Shown here piece by piece: positions 20,469 through 29,833 of a stretch of DNA of 64,000 nt. The DNA is from an uncultured Bordetella sp. GTDB taxonomy: Bacteria; Pseudomonadota; Gammaproteobacteria; Burkholderiales; SG8-41. Location: assembly GCA_964531455.1 (NCBI GenBank), contig CAZHFZ010000010.1:8806-72805 (forward strand). Direction: 5' to 3'. The position numbers and the translations under genes were made by a program. The notes beneath the pieces were generated by a model, which saw only the letters and a list, made by a program, of their open reading frames with translations, ran no database searches and was not told the origin of the DNA. How positions within the stretch are numbered: the stretch's first letter is position 1; each line of letters starts with the position of its first letter.

Positions 20469-20487
20469 CCGCGACGAAGAAAAAGAC

Positions 20488-20745
20488 ATGGCGAAAATCC
20501 GCATGTATTCCACCCAGGTGTGCCCGTACTGCCAGATGGCGGAGCGGTTGTTGCGCAGCAAGGGTGTTGCCGAAATCGAGAAAATTCTTATCGACAAGGA
20601 TCCGGCTCAGCGTGCGGAGATGATGGAAAAAACCGGCCGCCGTACGGTGCCGCAGATTTACATTGGCGAAACCCACGTCGGCGGCTACGACGATCTCGCC
20701 GCCCTCGACCGGGCCGGCGGGCTTGACCCGCTGCTTGCGGCCTGA
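20488..20745 (+). CDS. grxC: Glutaredoxin 3
   Basis: CPYC active site and TVPQIYIGETHVGGYDDL. Start at ATG 20488. Confidence 0.9.
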   Translation: MAKIRMYSTQVCPYCQMAERLLRSKGVAEIEKILIDKDPAQRAEMMEKTGRRTVPQIYIGETHVGGYDDLAALDRAGGLDPLLAA

Positions 20746-20767
20746 AAACTTCACAGGAATATTTGCA

Positions 20768-21238
20768 ATGAGCGAACAGCAGCAACCGCAATTCACGATC
20801 GAAAAGATCTATCTCAAGGATCTGTCGCTGGAAATTCCCAATGCGCCGCAGATTTTCCTGCAACTGGAAAACCCGCAGATTGAAATCAGCGTCCATAACG
20901 GCGCTGCCGCACTGGACCAGCCCGCCGGCCTTTACGAGGCAGTGTTGACGGTTACGGTTACTGCCAAGCTCAAGGACAAGACGGTTTTTCTGGTCGAAGC
21001 CGCACAGGCCGGCATTTTCCGCATCCTCAACCTGCCGGCGAGCGAGACCGATGCAGTGCTCGGTGTGCTGTGTCCGAATGCGCTGCTGCCCTATGCACGC
21101 GAGGCAGTGTCCAGCCTGCTGATCCGCGCCGGCTTCCCGCCTGTCGTGTTGCAGCACATGAGTTTTGATGCCGCGTATCAGGAACGGATGCGCCAGTTGC
21201 AGCAGGAACAGGCCGCGCCCGCGGGCGCCGCCAACTGA
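20768..21238 (+). CDS. secB: Protein-export chaperone SecB
   Basis: FTIEKIYLKDLSLEIPNAP N-terminus typical of SecB. Start at ATG 20768. Confidence 0.9.
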   Translation: MSEQQQPQFTIEKIYLKDLSLEIPNAPQIFLQLENPQIEISVHNGAAALDQPAGLYEAVLTVTVTAKLKDKTVFLVEAAQAGIFRILNLPASETDAVLGVLCPNALLPYAREAVSSLLIRAGFPPVVLQHMSFDAAYQERMRQLQQEQAAPAGAAN

Positions 21239-21248
21239 AGCACACGCC

Positions 21249-21692
21249 ATGCGCCGTCTGCTCACCGCAGTTGCGCTGGCACCCGCGCTGATCGCCGTTT
21301 CCGCGGCAGGCGCCGATTTTCGCTCGGCGGCTGAGGCCGCTGTTGTGTTGTACGACGCGCCATCCACCAAATCACGCAAGGTGTTCATCGTCAATCGCGG
21401 TTATCCGCTTGAGGTCGTGGTGCAGGTTGAAGGCTGGGTGAAGGTGCGCGACGCAACCGGAGCGCTATCCTGGGCTGAATCCAAAGCGCTTGATAATTCC
21501 CGTAACGTCCTGGTGCGGGCCCCGGCCGTGACCCTGCGCCAGAAGCCGGCCGAGGATGCGCCATCGGTTGCTGAATTCCGGCGCGACGTGTTGCTGAGCG
21601 TGGTCGAGCCGGTCGCCAACGGCTGGATTCAGGTCCGGCATCGTGATGGCGCAACCGGATTCCTGCGCGCAGCGGACGTTTGGGGCGACTGA
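21249..21692 (+). CDS. Secreted protein with two bacterial SH3-like repeats
   Basis: Signal peptide (AVSAAGA/DF) and two repeats ending GWVKVRD and GWIQVRH. Confidence 0.65.
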   Translation: MRRLLTAVALAPALIAVSAAGADFRSAAEAAVVLYDAPSTKSRKVFIVNRGYPLEVVVQVEGWVKVRDATGALSWAESKALDNSRNVLVRAPAVTLRQKPAEDAPSVAEFRRDVLLSVVEPVANGWIQVRHRDGATGFLRAADVWGD

Positions 21693-21709
21693 GTGCGTCC
21701 TCCGCGATC

Positions 21710-22720
21710 GTGAACATTGCCATACTCGGTGCCGGCGCCTGGGGCACCGCACTCGGCATCAATCTCAGTGCGACGCATGCCGTGACGTTGTGGGCGCGAG
21801 ATCCGCAGCAGATCGAAGCGATGCAACGCAGCCGCAGCAACGAACGTTATCTTCCCGGACACTCATTGCCCGCTGCACTGGCTCTTGATGCGGATGCCGG
21901 TCGTGCGCTGGCGGGGCGCGATTGCCTGATCGTTGCCGCAACAGTGGCCGGTTTACGTCCCGTGTTGCGCCTGATTCGCAATGCCGGCTGCAGGGCGCCG
22001 GTGATCTGGTTGTGCAAGGGTTTCGAACGACCTGATGCGCGGCTGCCCCACGAGGTTTTTGCCGAGGAGGCCGGCGGCAGTCCGGTTCGCTGCGCGGTGC
22101 TGTCAGGCCCCAGCTTTGCACAAGAGGTGGCTGCAGGCTTGCCGACTGCGCTGACGCTGGCGTCGACGGATCATGTTTTTGCCGCGGATACCGCGCATGC
22201 GTTTCACGGGCCGTCGCTGCGCGTGTATTCACATGACGATGTGATTGGCGTCGAAGTGGGAGGCGCGGTCAAGAATGTCATGGCGATTGCTGCCGGGGTT
22301 TGCGACGGACTGGGTCTGGGCCTGAATGCGCGTGCGGCGCTGATGACCCGCGGCCTTGCTGAAATGACTCGCCTTGGTGTTGCGCTCGGCGCACGCGCAG
22401 AGACCTTTACAGGCCTGGCCGGGATGGGCGATCTCATTCTGACCTGCACCGGTGACCTGTCGCGCAACCGTCGGGTCGGGCTTGCCATCGCTCGCGGCGA
22501 GGCGGTGGCCCGGACGCAGGCCAGCCTCGGGCATGTGGCCGAAGGCGTATTCACAGCGGCAGAAGTGCAGCGCCGGGCTCGCGCCTGCGGCATCGAAATG
22601 CCCATTACCGACGCCGTTTGCCGGGTGATTGATGCCCCCGGATCCGCTGCGACAGTGGTGCGCGAGTTGCTCGCTCGCAATGCCAAACCCGAACACGGGT
22701 CTGCGAGTCGCCAGGCCTGA
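21710..22720 (+). CDS. gpsA: NAD(P)H-dependent glycerol-3-phosphate dehydrogenase
   Basis: [11 protein letters not shown] dinucleotide fold and GGAVKNV motif. Start moved to GTG 21710. Confidence 0.9.
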   Translation: MNIAILGAGAWGTALGINLSATHAVTLWARDPQQIEAMQRSRSNERYLPGHSLPAALALDADAGRALAGRDCLIVAATVAGLRPVLRLIRNAGCRAPVIWLCKGFERPDARLPHEVFAEEAGGSPVRCAVLSGPSFAQEVAAGLPTALTLASTDHVFAADTAHAFHGPSLRVYSHDDVIGVEVGGAVKNVMAIAAGVCDGLGLGLNARAALMTRGLAEMTRLGVALGARAETFTGLAGMGDLILTCTGDLSRNRRVGLAIARGEAVARTQASLGHVAEGVFTAAEVQRRARACGIEMPITDAVCRVIDAPGSAATVVRELLARNAKPEHGSASRQA

Positions 22721-22738
22721 GCCTGTGATGGCGGCTGT

Positions 22739-23203
22739 TCAGGCGCCGCCGCGAAAACCGGCCTGACGCCATGCTTCGTAGGCCACGATGGCCACTGCGT
22801 TGGCCAAGTTCAGGCTGCGGCTGTGTTCGCGCATCGGTAGCCGCAGTTGTCGGTCGGCGGGGAAAGTCCCGAGTACCGTTTGCGGCAAGCCGCGGGTTTC
22901 CGGCCCGAATACCAGCACGTCGTCTTCGGCGTAGTTCACGGTGTCGTAACGAGTGCTGCCGCGGGTTGTAATCGCGTAGAAGCGGCGCCGGCCGAGTGCT
23001 GCGAGGCAGGCGCTCCAGTCGTCATGGACCTGAAGCGCGGCGTGTTCGTGATAATCGAGCCCGGCACGGGCCAGTGTGCGGTCGTTCAGCGTATAACCGA
23101 GCGGGCGCACCAGGTGCAGGCGGGCACCACAATTGGCGACGAGTCGAATGACATTGCCGGTATTGGGTGCGATCTCGGGTTCGTAGAGGACGATATCAAT
23201 CAT
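22739..23203 (-). CDS. trmL: tRNA (cytidine/uridine-34-2'-O)-methyltransferase TrmL (SpoU family)
   Basis: MIDIVLYEPEIAPNTGNVIRL N-terminus and SLNLANAVAI knot motif. Confidence 0.85.
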   Translation of the reverse strand: MIDIVLYEPEIAPNTGNVIRLVANCGARLHLVRPLGYTLNDRTLARAGLDYHEHAALQVHDDWSACLAALGRRRFYAITTRGSTRYDTVNYAEDDVLVFGPETRGLPQTVLGTFPADRQLRLPMREHSRSLNLANAVAIVAYEAWRQAGFRGGA

Positions 23204-23262
23204 ATGGAACTTTCTCCCCCTTGCTTTGGTTGTCACCAGGGCCGGAAGGGGATATCCTTAAA

Positions 23263-23276
23263 TATCAATAACATGC
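23263..23276 (+). promoter_or_regulatory. 14-nt motif TATCAATAACATGC, copy 1 (upstream of mshE)
   Basis: An exact second copy lies at 26832..26845, upstream of the first pilin gene. The flanks are also related (ATATCCT vs ATATTTCCT). Confidence 0.35.
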
Positions 23277-23343
23277 GCGATGCGCGCAGATGCAGGGCAA
23301 CGGCAATGGTTGGCGTGCCCGGCATCATTTTGAGCGAAACTCT

Positions 23344-25050
23344 ATGGGTCGTCCTGAAAAAATCCGGCTGGGTGAAATCCTTGTCCAGCAGAAGCTGCTC
23401 ACCGAAGAGCAGCTGAAAGCGGCCCTTGATGAGCAGAAAAAAACCGGACGGCGTCTGGGCCGGGTTTTCATCGAGCGCGGCTTCATTACCGAAGAGCAGA
23501 TTTCCAAGGCTCTTGCGCGCCAACTCGGCGCCGATTACATCGACCTCAAGCACTACAACATCAAGCGTGATGTGGTCGCCCGCCTGCCCGAAACGCAGGC
23601 GCGCCGTTATCGCGCGATGGTGCTGCAAGATCGCGGCACGGCCTACCTTGTCGGCATGGCCGATCCCTCCGATCTCGCGGCCTATGACGAAATTGCGCGC
23701 ATTCTCAAGCGCGACATCGAGCTGGCGGTGGTCACCGAGACCGAACTGCTGCGCACCATCGACCGCAGCTATCGGCGTACCGAGGAAATCACCGGGCTCG
23801 CACAGGAGCTGCAGGCCGAAATCGGCGACTCCGGCGCAGTGGATTTCGGTGCGCTCTCGACAACACCGGGGCTTGAGGAAGCGCCGGTCGTCAAATTGCT
23901 GCAGACCGTGTTTGAGGATGCCACCCAGGCGCGCGCTTCCGACATTCACATCGAGCCGCAGGAGCGGCGTCTGCAGATCCGTTTCCGCATCGACGGCCTG
24001 CTGCACCTGCAAACTGAAGCCGACAGCAAGATTGCCTCGGCAGTGGTGCTGCGGCTGAAGCTGATGTCCGGGCTCGACATTGCCGAGAAGCGCATGCCGC
24101 AGGACGGACGTTTCAACGTCAAGGTGCGCAATGCGGCTGTCGATGTGCGGATATCGACGATGCCCACGCAGTACGGCGAATCGGTGGTGATGCGCCTGCT
24201 CAATCAAGGCAGCGGCATACTCGGACTTGAAAACATCGGCATGCCTGAAGCCATGCTCGACAAGGTGCGCGAGGTGATCCACCGCCCCAGCGGCATGGTG
24301 CTGGTCACCGGCCCCACCGGCAGCGGCAAGACCACCACGCTGTACGCCGCCCTCAATGAGCTGAACACCGCCGAACGCAAAATCATTACCGTTGAAGACC
24401 CGGTCGAATATCGCCTGCCCGGCATCAACCAGGTGCAGGTCAATGAAAAAATAGAACTGACATTTGATCGCGTGCTCCGCTCCGCGTTGCGTCAGGATCC
24501 GGACGTCGTGCTGGTGGGCGAAATGCGCGACGAGAATACGGTTGAAACCGGCCTGCGCGCGTCAATGACCGGCCACATGGTGTTTTCCACACTGCACACC
24601 AACGATGCGGTCAGCACACCGATTCGCCTGCTCGACATGGGGGCACCGCGTTACATGGTCGCGCTTTCGCTGCAACTGGTCATCGCTCAGCGCCTGCTGC
24701 GCGTGATCTGTGAAAGCTGCATTGAAGACTACGAACCGCTGCCGTCCGAGCATGAATGGCTGCGCAGCGAACTCGGCGACAGCGTTGATCAATACCGCTT
24801 CAAGCGGGGTCGCGGCTGTTCACACTGCAACGGCACGGGCTTTGTCGGACGCACGGGCGTGTACGAAATGCTGGAAATGACCAAGTCTGTGGTCGAAGCC
24901 GCCAACCAGGACGATGTACAGCAGTTCATGAAGATTGCCCGCGCGCAGATCGGCCGGGAGACATTGCGCCACCACGCCGCCGAGCTTGCGGCCAGCGGCC
25001 GCACCACGCCCAACGAGGCGATGCGCATCAGCAGCCAGCTCGACGAGTAA
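23344..25050 (+). CDS. mshE: MSHA-type pilus extension ATPase MshE (GspE/PilB family)
   Basis: Walker A GPTGSGKTT and a tetracysteine cluster (CESC ... CSHCNGTG). The N-terminus carries two tandem RLGxx..Q MshEN-type repeats. Start at ATG 23344. Confidence 0.9.
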   Translation: MGRPEKIRLGEILVQQKLLTEEQLKAALDEQKKTGRRLGRVFIERGFITEEQISKALARQLGADYIDLKHYNIKRDVVARLPETQARRYRAMVLQDRGTAYLVGMADPSDLAAYDEIARILKRDIELAVVTETELLRTIDRSYRRTEEITGLAQELQAEIGDSGAVDFGALSTTPGLEEAPVVKLLQTVFEDATQARASDIHIEPQERRLQIRFRIDGLLHLQTEADSKIASAVVLRLKLMSGLDIAEKRMPQDGRFNVKVRNAAVDVRISTMPTQYGESVVMRLLNQGSGILGLENIGMPEAMLDKVREVIHRPSGMVLVTGPTGSGKTTTLYAALNELNTAERKIITVEDPVEYRLPGINQVQVNEKIELTFDRVLRSALRQDPDVVLVGEMRDENTVETGLRASMTGHMVFSTLHTNDAVSTPIRLLDMGAPRYMVALSLQLVIAQRLLRVICESCIEDYEPLPSEHEWLRSELGDSVDQYRFKRGRGCSHCNGTGFVGRTGVYEMLEMTKSVVEAANQDDVQQFMKIARAQIGRETLRHHAAELAASGRTTPNEAMRISSQLDE

Positions 25051-25055
25051 GCGCC

Positions 25056-26285
25056 GTGCCTTTTTTTACCTACAAGGGACGCGATGGCCGGGGTGAGGCG
25101 GTGCAAGGCGTGCTGGAGGGTGCGGACAGCGGCGCCGTGGCGGGACAGCTGTTTGGTTCCGGCATCGTGCCGCTCGAAATCACACCATCGGCGCCGCCGC
25201 GTGAAAAAAACGAATTTCTCGACAAACTCTTCAACAAGGGCAAGGTCAGCCATACCGACGTGTTGCTCTACAGCCGCCAGATGTTCACGCTGCTCAAGGC
25301 CGGTGTGCCGATCATGGGTGCGTTGAAGGGGCTGGAAGATTCCACCGACAACAAGCGTTTTGCGGAAGTTGTGCGTGACGTTCGCGAGAGCCTCGACACC
25401 GGCCGCGAAATGTCAGCATCGCTGGCGCGCCATCCGGATGTGTTTTCGCAGTTTTATACGTCGATGGTCAGCGTGGGCGAGCAGACCGGGCGGCTGGAGG
25501 AGGTGTTTCTGCGGCTGTTCGAACACCTTGAGTTCGAGAAATTCATGCGCGAACAGATCAAGGCCGCCCTGCGCTACCCGTCGTTCGTGATTGCGACCAT
25601 GGGTGTTGCCATCGTTGTCATCAATATTTTCGTCATCCCCGCGTTCGCCAAGGTCTACCAAGGGTTCAAGACCGAGTTGCCGCTGATGACCAAGGTACTG
25701 ATCGGCTTTTCGAATTTCATGGCCGACAACTGGTATTTCATACTTGCTGCATTCATAGGTCTGGTATTTGCATTCCGGGCATGGACCGCCAGTGCCCGGG
25801 GTCGCATGCAGTGGGATCACATCAAGCTGCGCATTCCCATCGCCGGTCCGATAGTGCTGAAAGCGACGCTGGCGCGGTTTGCGCGGAGTTTCTCGATGGC
25901 CTTCCGCAGTGGCGTACCGGTGACCAGTGCGCTGGCCATGGTTGCCGGCACCGTCGACAACGTGTTTGTGGCCGAGCGCATCAATCGCATGCGCGAGGGC
26001 GTCGAACGTGGCGAATCAATACTGCGCACCGCGCGCGACGCCAAAGTGTTCACCCCGGTGGTGCTGCAGATGATCGCGGTGGGCGAGGAATCCGGCGCAC
26101 TGGACGACCTGACCTCGGAAATCGCCGACCTGTATCAGCGCGAAGTCGAATATGAAATCAAGAACCTCAGTGCGCAGATCGAACCCATCCTGATTGTCGC
26201 GCTGGGCATCATGGTGCTGATCCTTGCGCTCGGTGTGTTCCTGCCGATCTGGGATCTCGGCAATGCGGCTCTCGGCAAGAAATAG
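25056..26285 (+). CDS. mshG: Pilus platform protein MshG (GspF/PilC family)
   Basis: PFFTYKGRDGRGE N-terminus, two T2SSF repeats and three TM segments. Confidence 0.9.
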   Translation: MPFFTYKGRDGRGEAVQGVLEGADSGAVAGQLFGSGIVPLEITPSAPPREKNEFLDKLFNKGKVSHTDVLLYSRQMFTLLKAGVPIMGALKGLEDSTDNKRFAEVVRDVRESLDTGREMSASLARHPDVFSQFYTSMVSVGEQTGRLEEVFLRLFEHLEFEKFMREQIKAALRYPSFVIATMGVAIVVINIFVIPAFAKVYQGFKTELPLMTKVLIGFSNFMADNWYFILAAFIGLVFAFRAWTASARGRMQWDHIKLRIPIAGPIVLKATLARFARSFSMAFRSGVPVTSALAMVAGTVDNVFVAERINRMREGVERGESILRTARDAKVFTPVVLQMIAVGEESGALDDLTSEIADLYQREVEYEIKNLSAQIEPILIVALGIMVLILALGVFLPIWDLGNAALGKK

Positions 26286-26289
26286 GGGG

Positions 26290-26793
26290 ATGATCCGCAG
26301 CGCGCGCGGCTTTTCCCTGCTGGAACTGTCTGTGGTTGTCGCAGTGTGGGCTGTTCTGTTCGGTGTTTTTCTGGAACGCCTCACTTATTACCAGGAGGCT
26401 GCTGAACACGCACGCTTCGAATCCGAACTGCAGTCTTTTAAAACCGGTTTGCAGTTGCGCATGGCGGAACTGATTTCGACGAACCGGGAACGCGAGTTGC
26501 GGCAGATGGAAACTGACAACCCCTTGCTTTGGTTGGGTCAGGCGCCCGCGACTTATTCCGGTGAGTACCCGAGCAACCCCGAGCCTGGCAATTGGTACTA
26601 TGATTCAATGACCCGTGAACTGGTCTATGTGCCTAATTTGAAACGATTTCTGAAAATCAGTGAGTTCCGTCGACCTGTTCAGTTACGGTTTCGGGTCAAG
26701 ATCAGCTATCAGCCGGTGTATGCGCCGGGCGGGCAAATCAGCGGTGTCGCCGGAATCGGACTGGAAGCATCAACACTTTATCAATGGTTGTGA
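26290..26793 (+). CDS. MshF-like protein with prepilin-type N-terminus
   Basis: MIRSARG/FSLLELSVVV leader and hydrophobic helix. AGGGGG SD upstream. Sits after mshG, as mshF does in Vibrio. Confidence 0.6.
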   Translation: MIRSARGFSLLELSVVVAVWAVLFGVFLERLTYYQEAAEHARFESELQSFKTGLQLRMAELISTNRERELRQMETDNPLLWLGQAPATYSGEYPSNPEPGNWYYDSMTRELVYVPNLKRFLKISEFRRPVQLRFRVKISYQPVYAPGGQISGVAGIGLEASTLYQWL

Positions 26794-26831
26794 ATACAAT
26801 TTCCAGTATGCGCGGTCCATATTTCCTGTAT

Positions 26832-26845
26832 TATCAATAACATGC
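26832..26845 (+). promoter_or_regulatory. 14-nt motif TATCAATAACATGC, copy 2 (upstream of pilin genes)
   Basis: Exact repeat of 23263..23276, 27 nt upstream of the pilin ATG at 26872. Confidence 0.35.
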
Positions 26846-26871
26846 ATTCCATTTCGCGTGACAAAAATCAC

Positions 26872-27354
26872 ATGTCCAATTCCCGTCGCGTTTCCGGTTT
26901 TACATTGATTGAGTTGATTGTCGTCATCATCCTCCTTTCAATTCTTGCCGCAACAGCACTGCCACGCTTCGCCAACCTGCAGGTGCAGGCGCGTATCGCC
27001 AAGCTGAATGGTGCGCTGGGCGCGGTGAAAGGCGCTTCTGCATTGGCCCACGCGGCCTGCCTTGCGTCGACCCCGCAGTGCAGCGCGACGCTGTTGATGG
27101 AAGGCGTCAATGTCACCATGGTCAATACCTATCCGACCGCAGATGCGGCGGGTATTGTCACCGCAGCGGGTTTGAATGTAGGCCCTACCTCGGCTGATGG
27201 TTACAACATTCAGGGTGGAGGTGCTGCAGCCGGTACTCCGGTGACTGTAATGGTGCTGGGTAATGATCCGCCCAACTGCAGCTTTACTTACACATCGCCG
27301 GTTGCGGCCAGTCAATCGCCGGTATTTGGAATTCTGGTAACGTCGGGCTGTTAG
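26872..27354 (+). CDS. Type IV pilin, MshB-like (minor pilin by position)
   Basis: Prepilin leader MSNSRRVSG/FTLIELIVV with Glu5, and two Cys pairs. Confidence 0.8.
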   Translation: MSNSRRVSGFTLIELIVVIILLSILAATALPRFANLQVQARIAKLNGALGAVKGASALAHAACLASTPQCSATLLMEGVNVTMVNTYPTADAAGIVTAAGLNVGPTSADGYNIQGGGAAAGTPVTVMVLGNDPPNCSFTYTSPVAASQSPVFGILVTSGC

Positions 27355-27404
27355 CCCGGTACTTTTTGCAGCAGCGCATTTCGGTTTTGCTTAAGGAGGT
27401 CTCA

Positions 27405-27854
27405 ATGAAACGGCAACAGGGTTTTACGATTATCGAATTGATCGTGGTTATCGTCGTGCTGGGTATTCTGGCAGCGACTGCGATTCCGCGTTTTGCCAAT
27501 GTCGGCGTCGAGGCGCGCATTGCGTCGATGCGCGGCGTTGAGGGCAGCATGAATTCGGCGAAGGAAATCGTGCGTGCCAAATGGTATGCCGCGGGCTCGG
27601 CTACTCTGGCAACGGTGACTGCCGCTGACGGCACAAGTATCGGAGTACAGACAACGCCTGCGGCCCGTGCGGGTTATCCGACGGCTCAGGGTATGGATGA
27701 TGCTTTGAATGTCGGCGGCGGGATTGATTGCACTGTCGCTGCTGGTGTGACGACTTGCATCCCGCAAGGTTTTGCAGCTTGCACCGTGACCTACACCGAA
27801 GCCACGGCACTCGTAGATGCTGGTGCGCTGAACGCGACCAACTGCGGCGGCTGA
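27405..27854 (+). CDS. mshA: Type IV pilin, probable major subunit MshA
   Basis: Leader MKRQQG/FTIIELIVV with Glu5. It has the strongest SD in the locus (AAGGAGG) and is followed by a hairpin terminator. Confidence 0.75.
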   Translation: MKRQQGFTIIELIVVIVVLGILAATAIPRFANVGVEARIASMRGVEGSMNSAKEIVRAKWYAAGSATLATVTAADGTSIGVQTTPAARAGYPTAQGMDDALNVGGGIDCTVAAGVTTCIPQGFAACTVTYTEATALVDAGALNATNCGG

Positions 27855-27898
27855 TCGTAACAGCGCAACCGGCCCGCATCCGCGGGTGACAGCGCAGC

Positions 27899-27936
27899 GG
27901 GTGAGGGTGGCGATGAGCGACCTTCACCCGTTTTTA
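27899..27936 (+). terminator. Hairpin terminator/attenuator after the major pilin gene
   Basis: Stem GGGTGAGGGT/ACCTTCACCC (one mismatch), an 11-nt loop, then GTTTTTATTT. Confidence 0.6.
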
Positions 27937-27947
27937 TTTGTGGTGCC

Positions 27948-28409
27948 ATGACATACGCCAACCGCCAATGTAAACGAGGGTTCACGACCATTGAATTGGT
28001 CGTGACCATTGTTATGATCGGCACGCTGGCCGCATTGGCGGTACCGCGGTTCATCGGTCGGGACAGCTTCGACTCGCGCGGGTTTTACGATAAATCCGCT
28101 GCGATCGTCCGCCTAGCGCAAAAGACGGCTGTGGCCTGGCGCCGCAACGTGTTTGTCTGCGTGACGGCGACGCAGGTGACTGCAGGTACTGCCGTGGGTT
28201 GCGGCACGCCGCTGACCAATCCCGTCGGCGGTGGCGCTGCCACTGAAACGGCGCCTTCAGGTGTCACGCTGAATACAGTGACCTTCAGCTTCGACCGTCT
28301 TGGACGTCCGAGCGCGGCCGCGACCATCACGTTTTCCACCACGATTTCCGGCGACATCACGCGCCAGATCAGCGTTGCAGCAGAGACCGGTTATGTCGCC
28401 GCAAACTGA
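27948..28409 (+). CDS. Minor pilin, MshC-like (GspH/FimT-like)
   Basis: Leader MTYANRQCKRG/FTTIELVVT. Confidence 0.7.
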   Translation: MTYANRQCKRGFTTIELVVTIVMIGTLAALAVPRFIGRDSFDSRGFYDKSAAIVRLAQKTAVAWRRNVFVCVTATQVTAGTAVGCGTPLTNPVGGGAATETAPSGVTLNTVTFSFDRLGRPSAAATITFSTTISGDITRQISVAAETGYVAAN

Positions 28410-28998
28410 GCACCAGTCGCTATGGTCGCGGTGCCGCCAGTGCGGCGCGTCACTCGTTGAGTTGATCATGTTTATCGTGGTGATCGGTGCGGGGTTGGCC
28501 GGGATTATCGGCATATGGCAAACCACCGCGCAGGGCAGCGCCGATCCGCTGATCCAGAAACAGGCATTGGCCATCGCGGAGGCTTATCTTGAAGAAGCAC
28601 TGGCCATGCCGTTTACCTATTGCGATCCCAATGATGCCAATGCAGCGACGGCAACATCGGCGGCGCTGGGCATCGTGCCCACGCTTTGCGCAACGACACT
28701 GGAGAGCATCGGTCCCGAAGCCGGTGAAACGCGCGGCAGTGCGACGACGCCGTTCGACAACGTCAATGATTACAACGGGCTGGCCGGCGTGCCGGCGTCG
28801 ATTGAAGGCCTGGCGACTGCGGGGCTGGGCGCGTACCAGGTGTCGGTAGCCGTGGTCGGGCAAAACCTTGTGGCCACCACGGCCACCGTTGCCGCGGCTG
28901 CAAGCCAGCGTGTTACGGTCACGGTGACCGGCCCCGCCAATATCACGGTCAGGCTGGACGGGTATCGCACACGTTATGCGCCGAATGCGCTGCCCTGA
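28393..28998 (+). CDS. Minor pilin, MshD-like
   Basis: Leader ...RQCG/ASLVELIMFIVV, with Ala rather than Phe at +1 and Glu5 retained. Start at ATG 28393, overlapping the upstream gene. Confidence 0.65.
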   Translation: MSPQTEHQSLWSRCRQCGASLVELIMFIVVIGAGLAGIIGIWQTTAQGSADPLIQKQALAIAEAYLEEALAMPFTYCDPNDANAATATSAALGIVPTLCATTLESIGPEAGETRGSATTPFDNVNDYNGLAGVPASIEGLATAGLGAYQVSVAVVGQNLVATTATVAAAASQRVTVTVTGPANITVRLDGYRTRYAPNALP

Positions 28999-29002
28999 AC
29001 CC

Positions 29003-29833
29003 ATGCCGCATTTTCCCCTGAACCCGCAACGCGGCGTCACGCTCATTGAGCTGGTGATGGTGATCGTGGTCACCGGCATCATCGCTGCCGGGGTTGCGGT
29101 TTTTATCCAGCGCCCGGTTGAAGGCTATATCGATGCCGGCCGGCGTGCCACGCTGACCGACGAGGCGGACACTGCTCTGCGCCGCATCACCCGGGATTTG
29201 CGCACGGCCCTGCCCAACAGCGTGCGTGTTGATCCCAGCGGCAGGTTCATCGAATTCATCGAGACGGTCGGTGGCGGACGTTACCGCGCCGAGCTCGACA
29301 GTATCGGCGGTGGCCAGATACTTGATTTCACGGCGGCGGATACTACTTTTGATGTCCTCGGTCCGGTGCCGCCGCTCAGCGCCGGCAATCATATTGTTGT
29401 CTACAATCTGTTCAGCACCGGCACGGTATCGAACGCCTATCAGGGCAGCAACCGCGCCTCGTTTGTCAGTGTGGCTGCGCCGACCATCACGATTGCGCCG
29501 GTCATCAGTCTGCCGTTTCCGGAACCATCCCTGGCCAAGCGTTTTCACGTGGTCACAGGGCCGGTGACCTACGGCTGTGTCGGCACCCAACTGTTGCGTT
29601 ACTCCGGTTATGCCTACAACACCGCACAGGTGGCGCCCCCGGCGGGCGGCAGCAGTGCGGTACTGGCGGCGAATATCGATGCCGCAGCGTGCAATTTTGC
29701 CTATGCGGAAGGCTCCTTGGGGGAGCGTACTGGCACGGTGTCGATGATTCTGCAAATTAACAGCCTTGCTGCAGGCGGGGCCACCGAGAGGGTGCGACTG
29801 TTCCAGCAGGCGCAGATCAACAACTCGCCATGA
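29003..29833 (+). CDS. mshO: MSHA biogenesis protein MshO (pseudopilin-like)
   Basis: Leader MPHFPLNPQRG/VTLIELVMVIVV, followed by QRPVEGY..ADTALRRITRDLR as in MshO. Confidence 0.75.
   Translation: MPHFPLNPQRGVTLIELVMVIVVTGIIAAGVAVFIQRPVEGYIDAGRRATLTDEADTALRRITRDLRTALPNSVRVDPSGRFIEFIETVGGGRYRAELDSIGGGQILDFTAADTTFDVLGPVPPLSAGNHIVVYNLFSTGTVSNAYQGSNRASFVSVAAPTITIAPVISLPFPEPSLAKRFHVVTGPVTYGCVGTQLLRYSGYAYNTAQVAPPAGGSSAVLAANIDAAACNFAYAEGSLGERTGTVSMILQINSLAAGGATERVRLFQQAQINNSP

Noticed and set aside
23233-24282. 349-aa minus-strand ORF antisense to mshE
   Set aside because: The plus-strand frame carries the Walker A, MshEN and tetracysteine motifs. The antisense translation has no recognisable features.
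27355-27404. Possible sigma-54 promoter (GG-N10-GC) upstream of the major pilin; also examined at 23300..23343 upstream of mshE
   Set aside because: GG and GC dinucleotides are present, but their spacing is off by 2 nt from TGGCAC-N5-TTGC in every register I tried.
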